A DNA stretch of 64,000 nucleotides. It comes from an uncultured Armatimonadetes bacterium. GTDB lineage: Bacteria; Armatimonadota; Hebobacteria; Hebobacterales; Hebobacteraceae. This document shows, in pieces, positions 49,139 to 58,826 of this stretch. Where the stretch lies: assembly GCA_963716175.1 (NCBI GenBank), contig OY970296.1, positions 992,001-1,056,000 on the forward strand. Direction: 5' to 3'. The notes beneath the pieces are model-generated. The model worked only from the letters and a program-made list of their open reading frames with translations. It did no database searches and was not told the DNA's origin. The position numbers and the translations under genes are program-made. Each line of letters opens with the position of its first letter. Within the stretch, counting starts at the first letter, position 1.

Positions 49139-49290
49139 TGCCAGGGCCCGTGGAGCCGGCCTGACATCACGCCGCCAACCGGAATGCGGTGACCCGCGTG
49201 TCTGGGAAGAGCCGTCTGCGATGAGTGGCGACGAAACCCCGAGCAGCGACTCCAAGCCGAAGGGGTGAATAGAGTCGGGAAGCACCCGGA
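49139..49290 (+). repeat. Repeat family C, copy 2
   Basis: Colinear, diverged match to 46782-46935. Confidence 0.65.
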
Positions 49291-49429
49291 GGTCTTGCCT
49301 GGGCTGCACTGTTGTCGAGAGCAACAGCTTTGCTGGATGCCCCCGGAATGCCATGACGGACCGAGAAGGGACCACAGTAGCAGCGACGTGCGACTGTTAG
49401 CGTTGGCCGGCATTGTCGGCGCTCCCGCG

Positions 49430-49763
49430 CTGCCCCGCCCTGCCTGGGAGTATGAACGGGTTGAGCCGCGAGGAGTCGCAGGGCGCGGTTCCCTTCCGCG
49501 GTCAGCCGGTGGGGGTGCGAGCTACCGCTACCGATGGTCTGGTGGAGGTGCTCTTCTGCCATCAGGTGGTCAAACGCCTGAACCTAATGGTGTTCGCACA
49601 ACGAAGGAATGTGCGAACATCGCCCTGTGTCTGTCTGGGCCGCTTCCTGAGCTTCGCCATGTTACTTCATTCGGCGAAGCTCTTTAGCGGAGTGCCGGAA
49701 GGCGGAGTAGAAGCGTTACCTATGTATTCGGCACATCCGTTACCCATGTAGCCGGTCCGCACA
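49430..49763 (+). mobile_element. IS481-family remnant (transposase C-terminus plus right end), interrupted by a MITE
   Basis: PAWEYE…FRGQPVGVRATATDGLVEVLFCHQ resembles IS481 transposase tails; tandem GTTACC[TC]ATGTA repeats ending in …CCGCACA resemble an IS481 right IR. Confidence 0.65.
49584..49687 (+). mobile_element. 104-bp MITE-like element, family B, copy 4
   Basis: CTAA…TTAG; two hairpins; lies inside the IS481 remnant. Confidence 0.78.
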
Positions 49764-49869
49764 GGAGTCACTGGCCGGGGTCTAGTCGCTCATGCGTCCG
49801 CTATGGCATAGCAGCCGCGCCACGGCGGCGATCACCGGCAAGCCCGCCCAGTCCAACCCCCGACCGACC

Positions 49870-50814
49870 TCATCCTCCATCCGCAGTGCTCTCCCGGACT
49901 GGGGTCGTGCGCGCAGGTACAGGATGGCATGAGACGTGCCGGGCCGGGGCGCTCGAGGCCGCACGACTGTCTGGACAGCGTGGGGTGTGGGGGTGCATCT
50001 GGTTCATCGCGGAAGGGTGAAAGGCGATGGTGTCACCATTGGGCGCATGGAAGGCGGAGACCTCAACGTGATAGATCCGTTTGATGGTGGATGGGGTGAC
50101 CACCTCCGCAGGCGGGCCATCCAGCACGATGGCGCCATCGCAGAGCAGGGCCACGCGAGTGGATGCCAACAAGGTGTGCTCCGGGTGATGGGTTGCTTTG
50201 AGAATCGCATAACCGTGGGCGGCGAGGCCGCGCAGGAGGGCTAGGAATCTGAGCTGGTTGCCGTAGTCGAGGCCGCTGACCGGCTCATCCATGATGAGAA
50301 TGCGCGCGCCCTGGGCCAGCGCACGAGCGATCAGAGCGAGCTGGCGCTCGCCGCCAGAGATCTCCGTGTAGGGGCGATCCGCCAGATCCGCGATGCCCAG
50401 CCGCTCCAGCATCTCCATCGCGACATGATGGTCGCGACGGGTGGCGGATCGGACCAGGCCAGTGTACGGAAGACGTCCGAGCACCGCGATCTCCCGCACC
50501 GTATAGGGGAACGGCGTGACATGGGTCTGGGGCACATAGGCGAGGTACCGTGCAAGCTCCCGGCGCGGGTAATGCGCCAACGGTTTTCCGTTCAGGGCGA
50601 CGAGCCCGGACCTGGGTCTAGACAGGCCCAGCAGCAGACGCAGGAGCGTTGTCTTCCCGGACCCGTTTGCACCGAGAAGCGATACGACCTCTCCAGACCG
50701 GATCTTCAGGGTGACACCGTGGAGTACGCTACGACCTGCGTAGGCGAAGTGCACCTCCTGTGCCACCAGCTCCAGAGACTCAGGCATGACGGATTCGGAT
50801 ACGCTCATATCCAT
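49870..50814 (-). CDS. ABC transporter ATP-binding protein (FecE/BtuD type)
   Basis: GANGSGKT, ISGGERQ, IMDEP, H-loop THHP. Confidence 0.92.
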   Translation of the reverse strand: MDMSVSESVMPESLELVAQEVHFAYAGRSVLHGVTLKIRSGEVVSLLGANGSGKTTLLRLLLGLSRPRSGLVALNGKPLAHYPRRELARYLAYVPQTHVTPFPYTVREIAVLGRLPYTGLVRSATRRDHHVAMEMLERLGIADLADRPYTEISGGERQLALIARALAQGARILIMDEPVSGLDYGNQLRFLALLRGLAAHGYAILKATHHPEHTLLASTRVALLCDGAIVLDGPPAEVVTPSTIKRIYHVEVSAFHAPNGDTIAFHPSAMNQMHPHTPRCPDSRAASSAPARHVSCHPVPARTTPVRESTADGG

Positions 50815-51827
50815 CCCTTGCGTGCGCGGCGCACCACGAGCAGAAAGACGGGAACGCCGAAAAGGGCGGTGAGGATGCCGATGGGAATCTCCACGTTGTA
50901 TAAAGTCCGCGATACACTGTCGGTGGCGAGAAGGAAGACGGCCCCCAGACAGGCGCTGGTCGGGAGCAGCCGGGTGTTGCCGGGGCCGATCGCCAGCCGG
51001 GCGACATGGGGGATGATCAGCCCGACCCAGCCGACCATCCCGGCCAGCGAGACCGTTGCCGACGAAATCAAGGTGGCGACGGCGATCACGCTGTAGCGGA
51101 CGGTGGTCACGGGCACCCCCAGAGTGCGAGCCTCATCATCCCCCATGGAGAGGGCATCCAGCGCTCGGCCCAAGCCGGTGAGTGCGACGATTCCCAGCGC
51201 CATGGGAGCGACGACCCAGCCGATGACCTTGATATCCGCCAGAGACAGGCTCCCCATGAGCCAGTACTCGATCGCCGGAAGCTTGTTGCCAGGATCGGCC
51301 GCGAACTTGGCGATCGACAGGAGGGCGGTGAACAGGGTCCCGCTGATGACGCCACCCAACACCAGCATGATGATAGAGGCGCCTCCCGCCAACTGGGCAA
51401 TGCCCACAGCCACCGCCACGGCAACGACTCCCATGATAAAGGCTGTTACCTGAACCACCACCCAGTTCCCGGAAGCGAGGATCGCGATCGCCGCGCCGAA
51501 CGCGGCACCGGCCAAGACGCCCATCAGTTCCGGCGAGACCAGAGGATTGCGGAACACCGCCTGATAGGCGCCTCCCGATGTCGCCAATGCTGCCCCCACC
51601 AGCACCGCGCTCAGCACCCGCGGCAGACGAATCTGCACGATGACGTTGTAGAGCAAATCGTAGGCGTCTTTCGGCATCTGCTTGAGGCCGGTAGCGGCGA
51701 GAAGGAAGTCTGCAATATCCTTCACCCGCAGCGGATAGCGCCCAACCGACAGGGCGGCAAGAACTGCGACCACAAGGAGAGCCAGGAGGAAAGCGGTCCA
51801 GGGTACACCTCGTCTCACTTCAACCAC
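50805..51827 (-). CDS. FecCD/BtuC family ABC permease
   Basis: IRLPRVL…FRNPLVSP, WLMGSL, EARTLGV, GLIIPH. Confidence 0.92.
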   Translation of the reverse strand: MVEVRRGVPWTAFLLALLVVAVLAALSVGRYPLRVKDIADFLLAATGLKQMPKDAYDLLYNVIVQIRLPRVLSAVLVGAALATSGGAYQAVFRNPLVSPELMGVLAGAAFGAAIAILASGNWVVVQVTAFIMGVVAVAVAVGIAQLAGGASIIMLVLGGVISGTLFTALLSIAKFAADPGNKLPAIEYWLMGSLSLADIKVIGWVVAPMALGIVALTGLGRALDALSMGDDEARTLGVPVTTVRYSVIAVATLISSATVSLAGMVGWVGLIIPHVARLAIGPGNTRLLPTSACLGAVFLLATDSVSRTLYNVEIPIGILTALFGVPVFLLVVRRARKGWI

Positions 51828-52861
51828 TCGCCCAGGTCAGCATCGGTCACTTCGACACCCATGAAGAGGAGGCAGAACTGCCGAATCTCCTTGCGGATGT
51901 CGACGCGATATGCGTTGGGATAGAAGCGATAGGCCAGCCACTGCACGCCCAGTATGCGCATGACCGATGGAGGGCGGTCAATCCAGTTGAACGGCGTGCG
52001 GGGAACCGTGTAGATCCTGTGGGTGGCGACGGCTTTGACCTTCTGCCAGCGCGGGTCATGGTACGCGTTCGTCGCGAACTCCGGCTCCTGGGAGATGATC
52101 ACCTCCGGGTCGTAGAGAAGCACCTGTTCCAGGCTCAACTTCTCCATGCCCTGGTGGGTCTTGATGTCACCGTGATGGACGATGTTGCCTCCGGCCATGC
52201 GAATGGCATCCGTGTGGAGGGACCGGTCAGATTCAGTGGCCAGGCCATCGGCGGATTCGGCGTAGTAGACGCGCACGCGCTTCTCAGGCGGGATGGTCGC
52301 CACCGCCTTCTGCACCTCGGCAAACACGCGGCTGGCGTACTGGCTCAAGCGTGTGGCCCGGGACTCCCGGCCCAACAGTTCTCCGAGGAACTCGATGCCT
52401 GCCGGATAGGCGTCGATGGTGCGAATGTCAACAAAAACCAGTGGGAGATTGAGCTTGGCGAACCGCTCCTCGGTTCTGCTCAGGCCAGCTCCCTTTCCAC
52501 CCATCGCCAAGACGATGTCCGGCTTCAGCTTGAGCACCTCCTCCATGTTCACCTGTGCCCGCTCTCCGCCCGGAGGCTGCGTTGCCAGTTCGGGCAGCCC
52601 AGCGATCTCCCTTCGCAGGAATCGCCTGTCCTCGGCCCGGAACGGCAGGCAGCCCGGCTGAAGGCCGAGCGACAGGTCTGGAGCGACGACGTAGAGCAAC
52701 ACGTTGGTGTAGGGGTCGGAGGCATACACCTTGGTGATCTTATCAGGGATCGTCACCTTTCGGCCCACCATGTCGGTGATCTCCCGCCCCCATGCGGACG
52801 ACAAGGCAGTCACCGCCAGCAGACAACTCGAACACAGCCGGCGTACCAGTGTGCTCGTCAT
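51815..52861 (-). CDS. Iron-siderophore/cobalamin-type ABC substrate-binding protein
   Basis: Signal peptide; ITDMVGRKVTIP, NMEEVLKLKPD, SLEQVLLYDPE, PFNWIDRPPS. Confidence 0.9.
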   Translation of the reverse strand: MTSTLVRRLCSSCLLAVTALSSAWGREITDMVGRKVTIPDKITKVYASDPYTNVLLYVVAPDLSLGLQPGCLPFRAEDRRFLRREIAGLPELATQPPGGERAQVNMEEVLKLKPDIVLAMGGKGAGLSRTEERFAKLNLPLVFVDIRTIDAYPAGIEFLGELLGRESRATRLSQYASRVFAEVQKAVATIPPEKRVRVYYAESADGLATESDRSLHTDAIRMAGGNIVHHGDIKTHQGMEKLSLEQVLLYDPEVIISQEPEFATNAYHDPRWQKVKAVATHRIYTVPRTPFNWIDRPPSVMRILGVQWLAYRFYPNAYRVDIRKEIRQFCLLFMGVEVTDADLGEWLK

Positions 52862-53025
52862 GAAGCACCTCCATGCAGTATCAATCTCCGCCACCTTTGG
52901 CCTCCCTCAATATCCGCAAACCGGTGCGCTCGGCCAACTCGCAAGCGCTACAGATCCGGCGCCACACCATCCAGAACTGCCTTGCCCACCGTGCCGCCCG
53001 TTCAGCCTGAAAGACCCGGCGCCGC

Positions 53026-53169
53026 TCACTCGGGCGCGCCTATAGTCCCGGTGGTCGCCGCCAGCAGGACCTGAACCAGCGCTCTCATCAATCCTGCCGT
53101 CCCGACAGCGACGCTGGCCGTCGCAATCGCCGTGACGACGAACAGCAGCAGCGATTCCGATTTCACCAT
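53026..53169 (-). CDS. Small hydrophobic 47-aa protein
   Basis: GAGAGG RBS; single TM-like stretch; co-directional between tonB and the ABC genes. Confidence 0.45.
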   Translation of the reverse strand: MVKSESLLLFVVTAIATASVAVGTAGLMRALVQVLLAATTGTIGAPE

Positions 53170-53208
53170 TGGCGCACCTCTCAATGGGTCAGCGACTCGC
53201 CACCCCAC

Positions 53209-54111
53209 CTATGACTCCACAAGCCGGAACTTGACCTTGAAGGATATGGTCATCGCGACCCGCTCTCCATCCTTCAGTGCGGGTTCGAAGCGCAACCGTG
53301 CCGCGTGATCGAGAGCTGCCTGGTCCAGATCGCCGCGGCCTGACGACTTCGTCAGGCCAATGCAGGTGGGCCGCCCGTCGGCTGTGACCGTGATTCTGAG
53401 GGTGGTGGTTCCCTCTGCTCCCTGCTGTCGTGCAGCATCCGGATACGGCGGCTCGGTCCAGTTCAGAACGCGTGGTGGCGAGGACGGGCCCTTTGGCTTT
53501 GGGGGAGCAGGAGGCGCCGGCGCTGGCTTCGGCGCCAGCTCCGGCGTTGGCAACTCCGGAGCGACCTCCGTGCTCGTGAGACTGGTGCCAGACGCTCTGG
53601 GATCAGTGCTTCTTCCAGTGCCGCCGAGGCCGTACTCGCCAGGTGGGCCTGCCGACAGTGAATCGGCGCGGTCGAAGAGCGATGGCGTTGCCAGCACCGG
53701 CGCCGACACCTCGGATGCCTTGACAACGACCTCTCGCGGCAGCACTGGCAACTCGGCGGTCGTCTCGCCCTTCGGCCTCTGCGGCTTCACGAATGCCTCG
53801 TCAGGCAGGACGACGCGTCCCCTCTTCGGCGCGGCTGTGTGCGCCTTCGGCTTCGGCGCTTCGACGACGGCCGGCTTCGGCCGTGGCATGGGCTTCGTCG
53901 GTGGGGGCGGCAAAGTGGCGATCTCAAGGTCGAGTCTCTCTTGATCGCACAGCTTGGGGCAGACCACCTTCCCCAGATTGCAGAGGCAGTTGCCCCACCG
54001 ATCGGCCGCGTAGAGGATGCCTCCGTGCAGAACTAGGGAGGCGACAAGAGCGAGGCCGGCAATCCGGTCAATGCCGACGCGGACATGTGAGCGGGGGATG
54101 GCAATCGCCAT
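53209..54111 (-). CDS. tonB: Energy transducer TonB
   Basis: N-term TM with SLVLH motif, Pro-rich linker, C-term YPDAARQQGAEG…SSG…LDQAAL. Confidence 0.9.
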   Translation of the reverse strand: MAIAIPRSHVRVGIDRIAGLALVASLVLHGGILYAADRWGNCLCNLGKVVCPKLCDQERLDLEIATLPPPPTKPMPRPKPAVVEAPKPKAHTAAPKRGRVVLPDEAFVKPQRPKGETTAELPVLPREVVVKASEVSAPVLATPSLFDRADSLSAGPPGEYGLGGTGRSTDPRASGTSLTSTEVAPELPTPELAPKPAPAPPAPPKPKGPSSPPRVLNWTEPPYPDAARQQGAEGTTTLRITVTADGRPTCIGLTKSSGRGDLDQAALDHAARLRFEPALKDGERVAMTISFKVKFRLVES

Positions 54112-54123
54112 GGCGCGAGCCTC

Positions 54124-54564
54124 CTACTTCCTCGGGCCCTGCTTGGGTCTCTCGGTGGCAAGCGACACGTGCCGTAACCCGACCAGCCTCGCCGCGTCCA
54201 TGATCCAGATGACCTTGCCGTAGGCGGCCTGGCGGTCGCCGCGAATCACGACGGTCTTGTCGGGCGTGGCGATACGGCGCGCGGCATCCATCAGAGCCTG
54301 TGTGAGTCCGTCTTCTGACACCGCGGTATCGCCGACTCGCATCTCACCTGCGCTGTTGACGAGCACTGTGATCTCGTTCTGTTCCTTCGTCACGAGCTCG
54401 CTGCTCACAGCAGGCGGAAGCTCGACCTGCATCGCCGGCTCGGCGACGAAGAATGTCGCTGTAACCATGAAGATGATGAGCAGAACCAACATCACATCGG
54501 TGAGGGGTGTGATGTTTATCTCGGAGATGATGTCATTGTTCTCGCGTTGGAGAGACACTGCCAT
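54124..54564 (-). CDS. exbD: Biopolymer transport protein ExbD
   Basis: INITPLTDVMLVLLIIFMV; IRGD…YGKV. Confidence 0.92.
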   Translation of the reverse strand: MAVSLQRENNDIISEINITPLTDVMLVLLIIFMVTATFFVAEPAMQVELPPAVSSELVTKEQNEITVLVNSAGEMRVGDTAVSEDGLTQALMDAARRIATPDKTVVIRGDRQAAYGKVIWIMDAARLVGLRHVSLATERPKQGPRK

Positions 54565-54565
54565 G

Positions 54566-55165
54566 CTAGCTCTCCCGAACGGCAAGGGTTATCGCCTCGG
54601 CCGCCGCAAGCTCGGCCCGCTTGAGCAGACGGGACTGCCAGGTGATGAACACGTTGTAGATGATGACAGAGGTGATGGCGACGGCCAGACCGGCCGCGGT
54701 CGCGACCAGCGCCTCTGAGATGCCAGCCGCGACCACGGCCGGGCCGGCCGCGCCGACTTGGCCGATGTCCCGGAAGGCGCGGATGATCCCGAGCACTGTT
54801 CCGAAGAGGCCGATGAAGGGGCTGATGTTGCCAATGGTGCCGACGACGCTCAGGTGTGCGCTGAGACGAAGCCCTTCTGCTGAAAGCGCAGTGCGAACCC
54901 GCTCCTCGACCTCAGCCCGCGGCAGCTCCCGATGCCGGAGTACCGCGGCTATCGCCCGCACCCCAGGTGCCGGCGCGTCCGGCCACTTCGGGTGGGGGTT
55001 GCCTGCTTGAGCGAGGGCTGTTCGGGCGTGGGCGATGAGCTCCTGCGGATCCCGATCAGCGCGCCAGAAGTGCCAGAGGCGCTCCACCAGAATGGCAACG
55101 CTCAACAGAGAGCAGAGCGCCAACGGGTAGATGACAAGCCCGCCTTGCCCGAGCAACTGGAACAT
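54566..55165 (-). CDS. exbB: MotA/TolQ/ExbB proton channel protein
   Basis: Own AGGAGG RBS and MFQLLGQGG start; PFIGLFGTVLGII…GISEALVATAAGL. Confidence 0.9.
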   Translation of the reverse strand: MFQLLGQGGLVIYPLALCSLLSVAILVERLWHFWRADRDPQELIAHARTALAQAGNPHPKWPDAPAPGVRAIAAVLRHRELPRAEVEERVRTALSAEGLRLSAHLSVVGTIGNISPFIGLFGTVLGIIRAFRDIGQVGAAGPAVVAAGISEALVATAAGLAVAITSVIIYNVFITWQSRLLKRAELAAAEAITLAVRES

Positions 55166-55176
55166 GGGATCACCTC

Positions 55177-56620
55177 CTATCCTGACACTGGCTGGGCCGG
55201 GACTGAAGCCGAGCATCTGCGCGGCCGCATCGCGAGGTACACGGGTATGCCCGCGGCAAGAAATGCCGCGAGCCAGAGCATATCCCCAGGGTTGCGCAGC
55301 AAGTGGTTGACCATCAGCGCCATCGAGGACAGGCAGAAGATCGCCGGCACCCAGGGATAGCCCCAGGCTCGGTACGGTCGTGGCGCATCCGGTGCGCGAC
55401 GGCGGAGCACGAAGATCGCCGCGCCGGTGACGGCTGAGAGCAGCCAGATGACCAGGACAGTGAATGCCAGAATCCGACCGAGCGTCGCGCTCGAGAACGA
55501 TGATGCACGCGAGAGTCGCTTGGGCAGCGATGGCTGCCACCGGCACCCGTCTCTGTCGGTGGACTGAAGCCAACACGCGAGGGAAGAGCCCATCTTGTGC
55601 CATCGCGTAGTAGATGCGGGGGCCGACCATGACGGTGGCGTTGAGCGATCCCAGAATGCAGACCAGGATAGCCAGGGTCAGGATGCCGGACAGGCCGGGG
55701 CCGAGCAGCGAGTTCGCCACATCTCGCACCGGGACGGTCGACCCCGCCAGTCCAGCCACGGGGATCCCGTAGAGCAGCACGACGTTGAACATCAGGTATA
55801 ACACGATGACCAGCAGCGTCCCGAACACGAGCGAGCGCGGGACACTGCGCTGAGGATGGCGCACCTCCGCCGCCATATAGGTGGCTGCATCCCATCCGAG
55901 GTAGGCGAACGACACGCCGATGAGGGCAGCGCCGAACTCCGCGAGCCCGGCGCCGCCCACGACCGGCGTGCCACCACCGAGGTTGGCCCAGCTCCCCCGC
56001 CCGGCAAACAGTCCAAAGCCGGCAATGCCGACCAGGGCGGCGATCTTCAGCCCAGTGAGGAGGTTCTGGGCGCCGCTGCCCGTGCGCAGTCCGAGACCAT
56101 TGATCACCGAGAGGGCGATGATCAAGGCGATGGCGAGGATGTTCGCAGAGGCGACACTCCATCGGAAGATGGGTGTCTCGACAGTCCAGAGGGCATGCCC
56201 GGTCCACGCGGACGGCAGATAGGTCATGAGACCAAGTGCGACGAACGCGATGGACCCCGGGAAGGACGCGACGAACGACAGCCATCCATCGAAGAAGCCA
56301 ACGAGCGGACCATACGCCTCCCGGAGGTAGACGTAGTGGCCGCCGGCGCGGGGGATGGCGGCGCCCAGTTCAGCGTATGTCAAGGCGCCCGTGAGCGCCA
56401 TGATCCCTCCGACCAGCCAGGCGCCGAGGATAAGCGAAGGCGTCGGCAGATGCTTCGCGACCTCGCCGGTCGTCAGGAAGATGCCGCTGCCGATCATGCT
56501 GCCCACGACCAGCAGAACGCAGTCCGCGAGCCCCAGGCCTCGCATGAGCCCGGCCGGCTCCTGTGTGACGCTCGCCGCATCCTGCGCCACTTCAGCCGCC
56601 GCATCGCCGATTGTCGTCAT
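55177..56620 (-). pseudogene. APC family amino acid permease with a frameshift near 55493
   Basis: GSMIGSGIF, AELGAAIPRAGGHY, AYLGWD…AAEV; C-term TMs and RPYRAWGYP continue in the adjacent frame to a stop at 55177. Confidence 0.82.
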
Positions 56621-56652
56621 GGGTATCCCTGCTTCCCATTGCACACGGGCAT

Positions 56653-57444
56653 CTATCCGAACGCGAGGTAGAGTGCTCGGTAGTAAGCCTTGACCTCTTG
56701 GGCAGCCGAGGTTATCGACGCGAGATTGCCCGACCTCACCGCAGCCTCGAGTTGCTGCACCGCCTTGGTCTCGCCAGCGACTAACTCGCGGTGCTTCTCC
56801 CGCTCGCCCTCACCAACGGGGGTGAAACCAAAGTCGAGGACGCGCTGCCATGCGGTTCGGGCCTCGCGCACGAGGCCAGCGATGGTAGGCAGAGCGGCCT
56901 GAGTGGCCGACCTCGGGTCAGCGATGATGGGGTCGCAGGCCGCCTCCATCACGTTGTGATACTCGAACAGAGCATCGCCATAGTAGGCGATGCCGTTGCG
57001 CCGCCGCAGGTCCAGCAAGACCGATCTAACCGGGCCCAGCGCCCGGTGCGCCTGCATCACACGGCCCGAGGCCAGCAGCCGGCGGGCGATCTCAAGGTAG
57101 CCGGTCACCGTCGCTAGGTCCCGCTGCCAGTTCGCATCGGCCGCATAGACCGAGGGAGCAGTCTCGTAGAACCGGCCGAGCAGAGCCACCCATGCCGCCA
57201 GAGCGTCGTTGGTGGTAAGCAAGAGCGTGTCCGCGCGTGCGTCCGGCCGGTTCGTACCAACGAGGGCCTGCTTGTAAAGGGTGTTCCACTCCTGGAACTT
57301 TGCCTGGAACTGATCGGAAGATTGGCCCGCCCCGAGTTGCTCTGATGCCGCGATCGCCAAGGTACAGCAGGCAGCGATCAGAAGGAGGCTGGCAAACACA
57401 GCCCGAGCAGGGAGGGAAGCCGCGGCAGGCGCGCGACTCGTCAT
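56653..57444 (-). CDS. Secreted all-helical hypothetical protein
   Basis: Signal peptide; AHRALGPVR…RRRNG…YHNVME; ATGA overlap with the upstream gene. Confidence 0.65.
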   Translation of the reverse strand: MTSRAPAAASLPARAVFASLLLIAACCTLAIAASEQLGAGQSSDQFQAKFQEWNTLYKQALVGTNRPDARADTLLLTTNDALAAWVALLGRFYETAPSVYAADANWQRDLATVTGYLEIARRLLASGRVMQAHRALGPVRSVLLDLRRRNGIAYYGDALFEYHNVMEAACDPIIADPRSATQAALPTIAGLVREARTAWQRVLDFGFTPVGEGEREKHRELVAGETKAVQQLEAAVRSGNLASITSAAQEVKAYYRALYLAFG

Positions 57445-58826
57445 GATTGGCCGGCCTTCTTCCTGATCTCAATCCAGTTGCCACCCTCGCGGATGACCTT
57501 GTAGCCGCCAATGCCAGCCCTGGTCATGAGCGCGTCGTAGGAGAGCACCGGGAACGGAAATGCTGACTTGCTCGCTTGAGGAGAGGCCGGATCGACGCCG
57601 TACCACGCTTCCCGCCTGCCGCCGCGGATCTGGTTCTCCTCCTCCGTGGACGTGTAGCGCCCGAAGCCGCCGCCGATGAAGGCCACCCCGCCGGGCCTGA
57701 GCACGCGGTAGATCTCCTTGACCGCGAGGACCTGATCGCGCAGGAACGGGATTGTGCCCTTGGACATGACCAGGTCAATGGAGTTGTCTGCAAACGGCAG
57801 GCTGTGAGCATCAGCGCAGATGAACTGCGCCCGGTCGCTTAGCCCTGCCTCCTTGGCTCGCCGCCTGCCGGCCTCGACTGCTTCAGGCTCGATATCGAGG
57901 CCGATCACGGTGAGATCAGTCATTTGGACGAGCTTCACCGCCATCTGCCCGGAGCCGCATCCGATGTCCACGGCCGTGCCCTTCGTGATCCTGTAGTCGT
58001 CTATCAACTGCTGGCAGATGTTCTGGTAGGCTTTCATCATGCGGCTGCCGGCACCGGGATCGTCGGCGGGAGCATGGGTGCCGTCGTCCAGCATCAGGCC
58101 GTGAGACAGGTAGACCCGCCGGGCGCGCGCGTCGCCGCTCAGGAAGTCGACAAGCGCCCCCGCCTCCTTGGGTGATCGCGCCTTCGGCGTCACGAAAGCC
58201 GGGATCAGCGCGGCCAGCTCGGAACCATAGCGGCTGACGGGAAGCCGGATGACGACCGGGCTGAGCGGGTTCCCGGAGACGGTGTAGTCCCATCCAAGAA
58301 CGGCGTCCACCTTGCCTCTCGCCAGCAGGTCCATCATGTCGTCGGCGTCAACGGTGGTGGCGACGAAGCTGCTCTCCTTTCCCTTCAGCAGCTTCTCGCC
58401 CCGCCATGCGCAGAACTCGATCTTCCCCCATCTCACGCCGGGCTTGCCCAGGTCCTCGATTCCTCGGATGTTCCGCGGGTTGCCTGGAGGGACAATCACC
58501 GCCATCCGCCCGCAGAACAGGGGCTTCCGGCTCGCTGGCACGACGTATCCCTTCTGCTCCCAGATGTCGGCCGAGCGATTGCAGGAGGGGACTAGCACGT
58601 CCATGTCACCCTTCGCCGGAAACTGCATGAGCTGCGGGTGAGGGAACCGGTGGACGATCACCTGGTTGCCTGTGTCAGCCACCCAGATAGCGGCCGCTTC
58701 GCGTACGACTGGCCCATACTCGTCGTAGACGCCCACATCGATACGGGCCGCGCCTGCCGCGGCGGCAAACAGAGCGCTCGCCAGGAGCGCAAATCCGAGT
58801 ATCGTCAAGAGTCGCAGGCGCATCAC
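57441..58826 (-). CDS. Signal peptide + ModA-like substrate-binding domain + class I SAM methyltransferase fusion (copy 2)
   Basis: Sec-type signal; VIVPPGNPRNIRGIEDLGKPGV (ModA-like); AVDIGCGSG…ADAHSLPFADNSIDL…VLRPGG. Confidence 0.85.
   Translation of the reverse strand: MMRLRLLTILGFALLASALFAAAAGAARIDVGVYDEYGPVVREAAAIWVADTGNQVIVHRFPHPQLMQFPAKGDMDVLVPSCNRSADIWEQKGYVVPASRKPLFCGRMAVIVPPGNPRNIRGIEDLGKPGVRWGKIEFCAWRGEKLLKGKESSFVATTVDADDMMDLLARGKVDAVLGWDYTVSGNPLSPVVIRLPVSRYGSELAALIPAFVTPKARSPKEAGALVDFLSGDARARRVYLSHGLMLDDGTHAPADDPGAGSRMMKAYQNICQQLIDDYRITKGTAVDIGCGSGQMAVKLVQMTDLTVIGLDIEPEAVEAGRRRAKEAGLSDRAQFICADAHSLPFADNSIDLVMSKGTIPFLRDQVLAVKEIYRVLRPGGVAFIGGGFGRYTSTEEENQIRGGRREAWYGVDPASPQASKSAFPFPVLSYDALMTRAGIGGYKVIREGGNWIEIRKKAGQS

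Noticed and set aside
13921-49687. CRISPR array or integron attC interpretation of the repeats
   Set aside because: Copies are dispersed, not regularly spaced; they lack RYYYAAC…GTTRRRY ends; no cas or intI gene in window
54566-56644. 692-aa APC-ExbB fusion as a novel protein
   Set aside because: Explained by a single frameshift; exbB has an independent start
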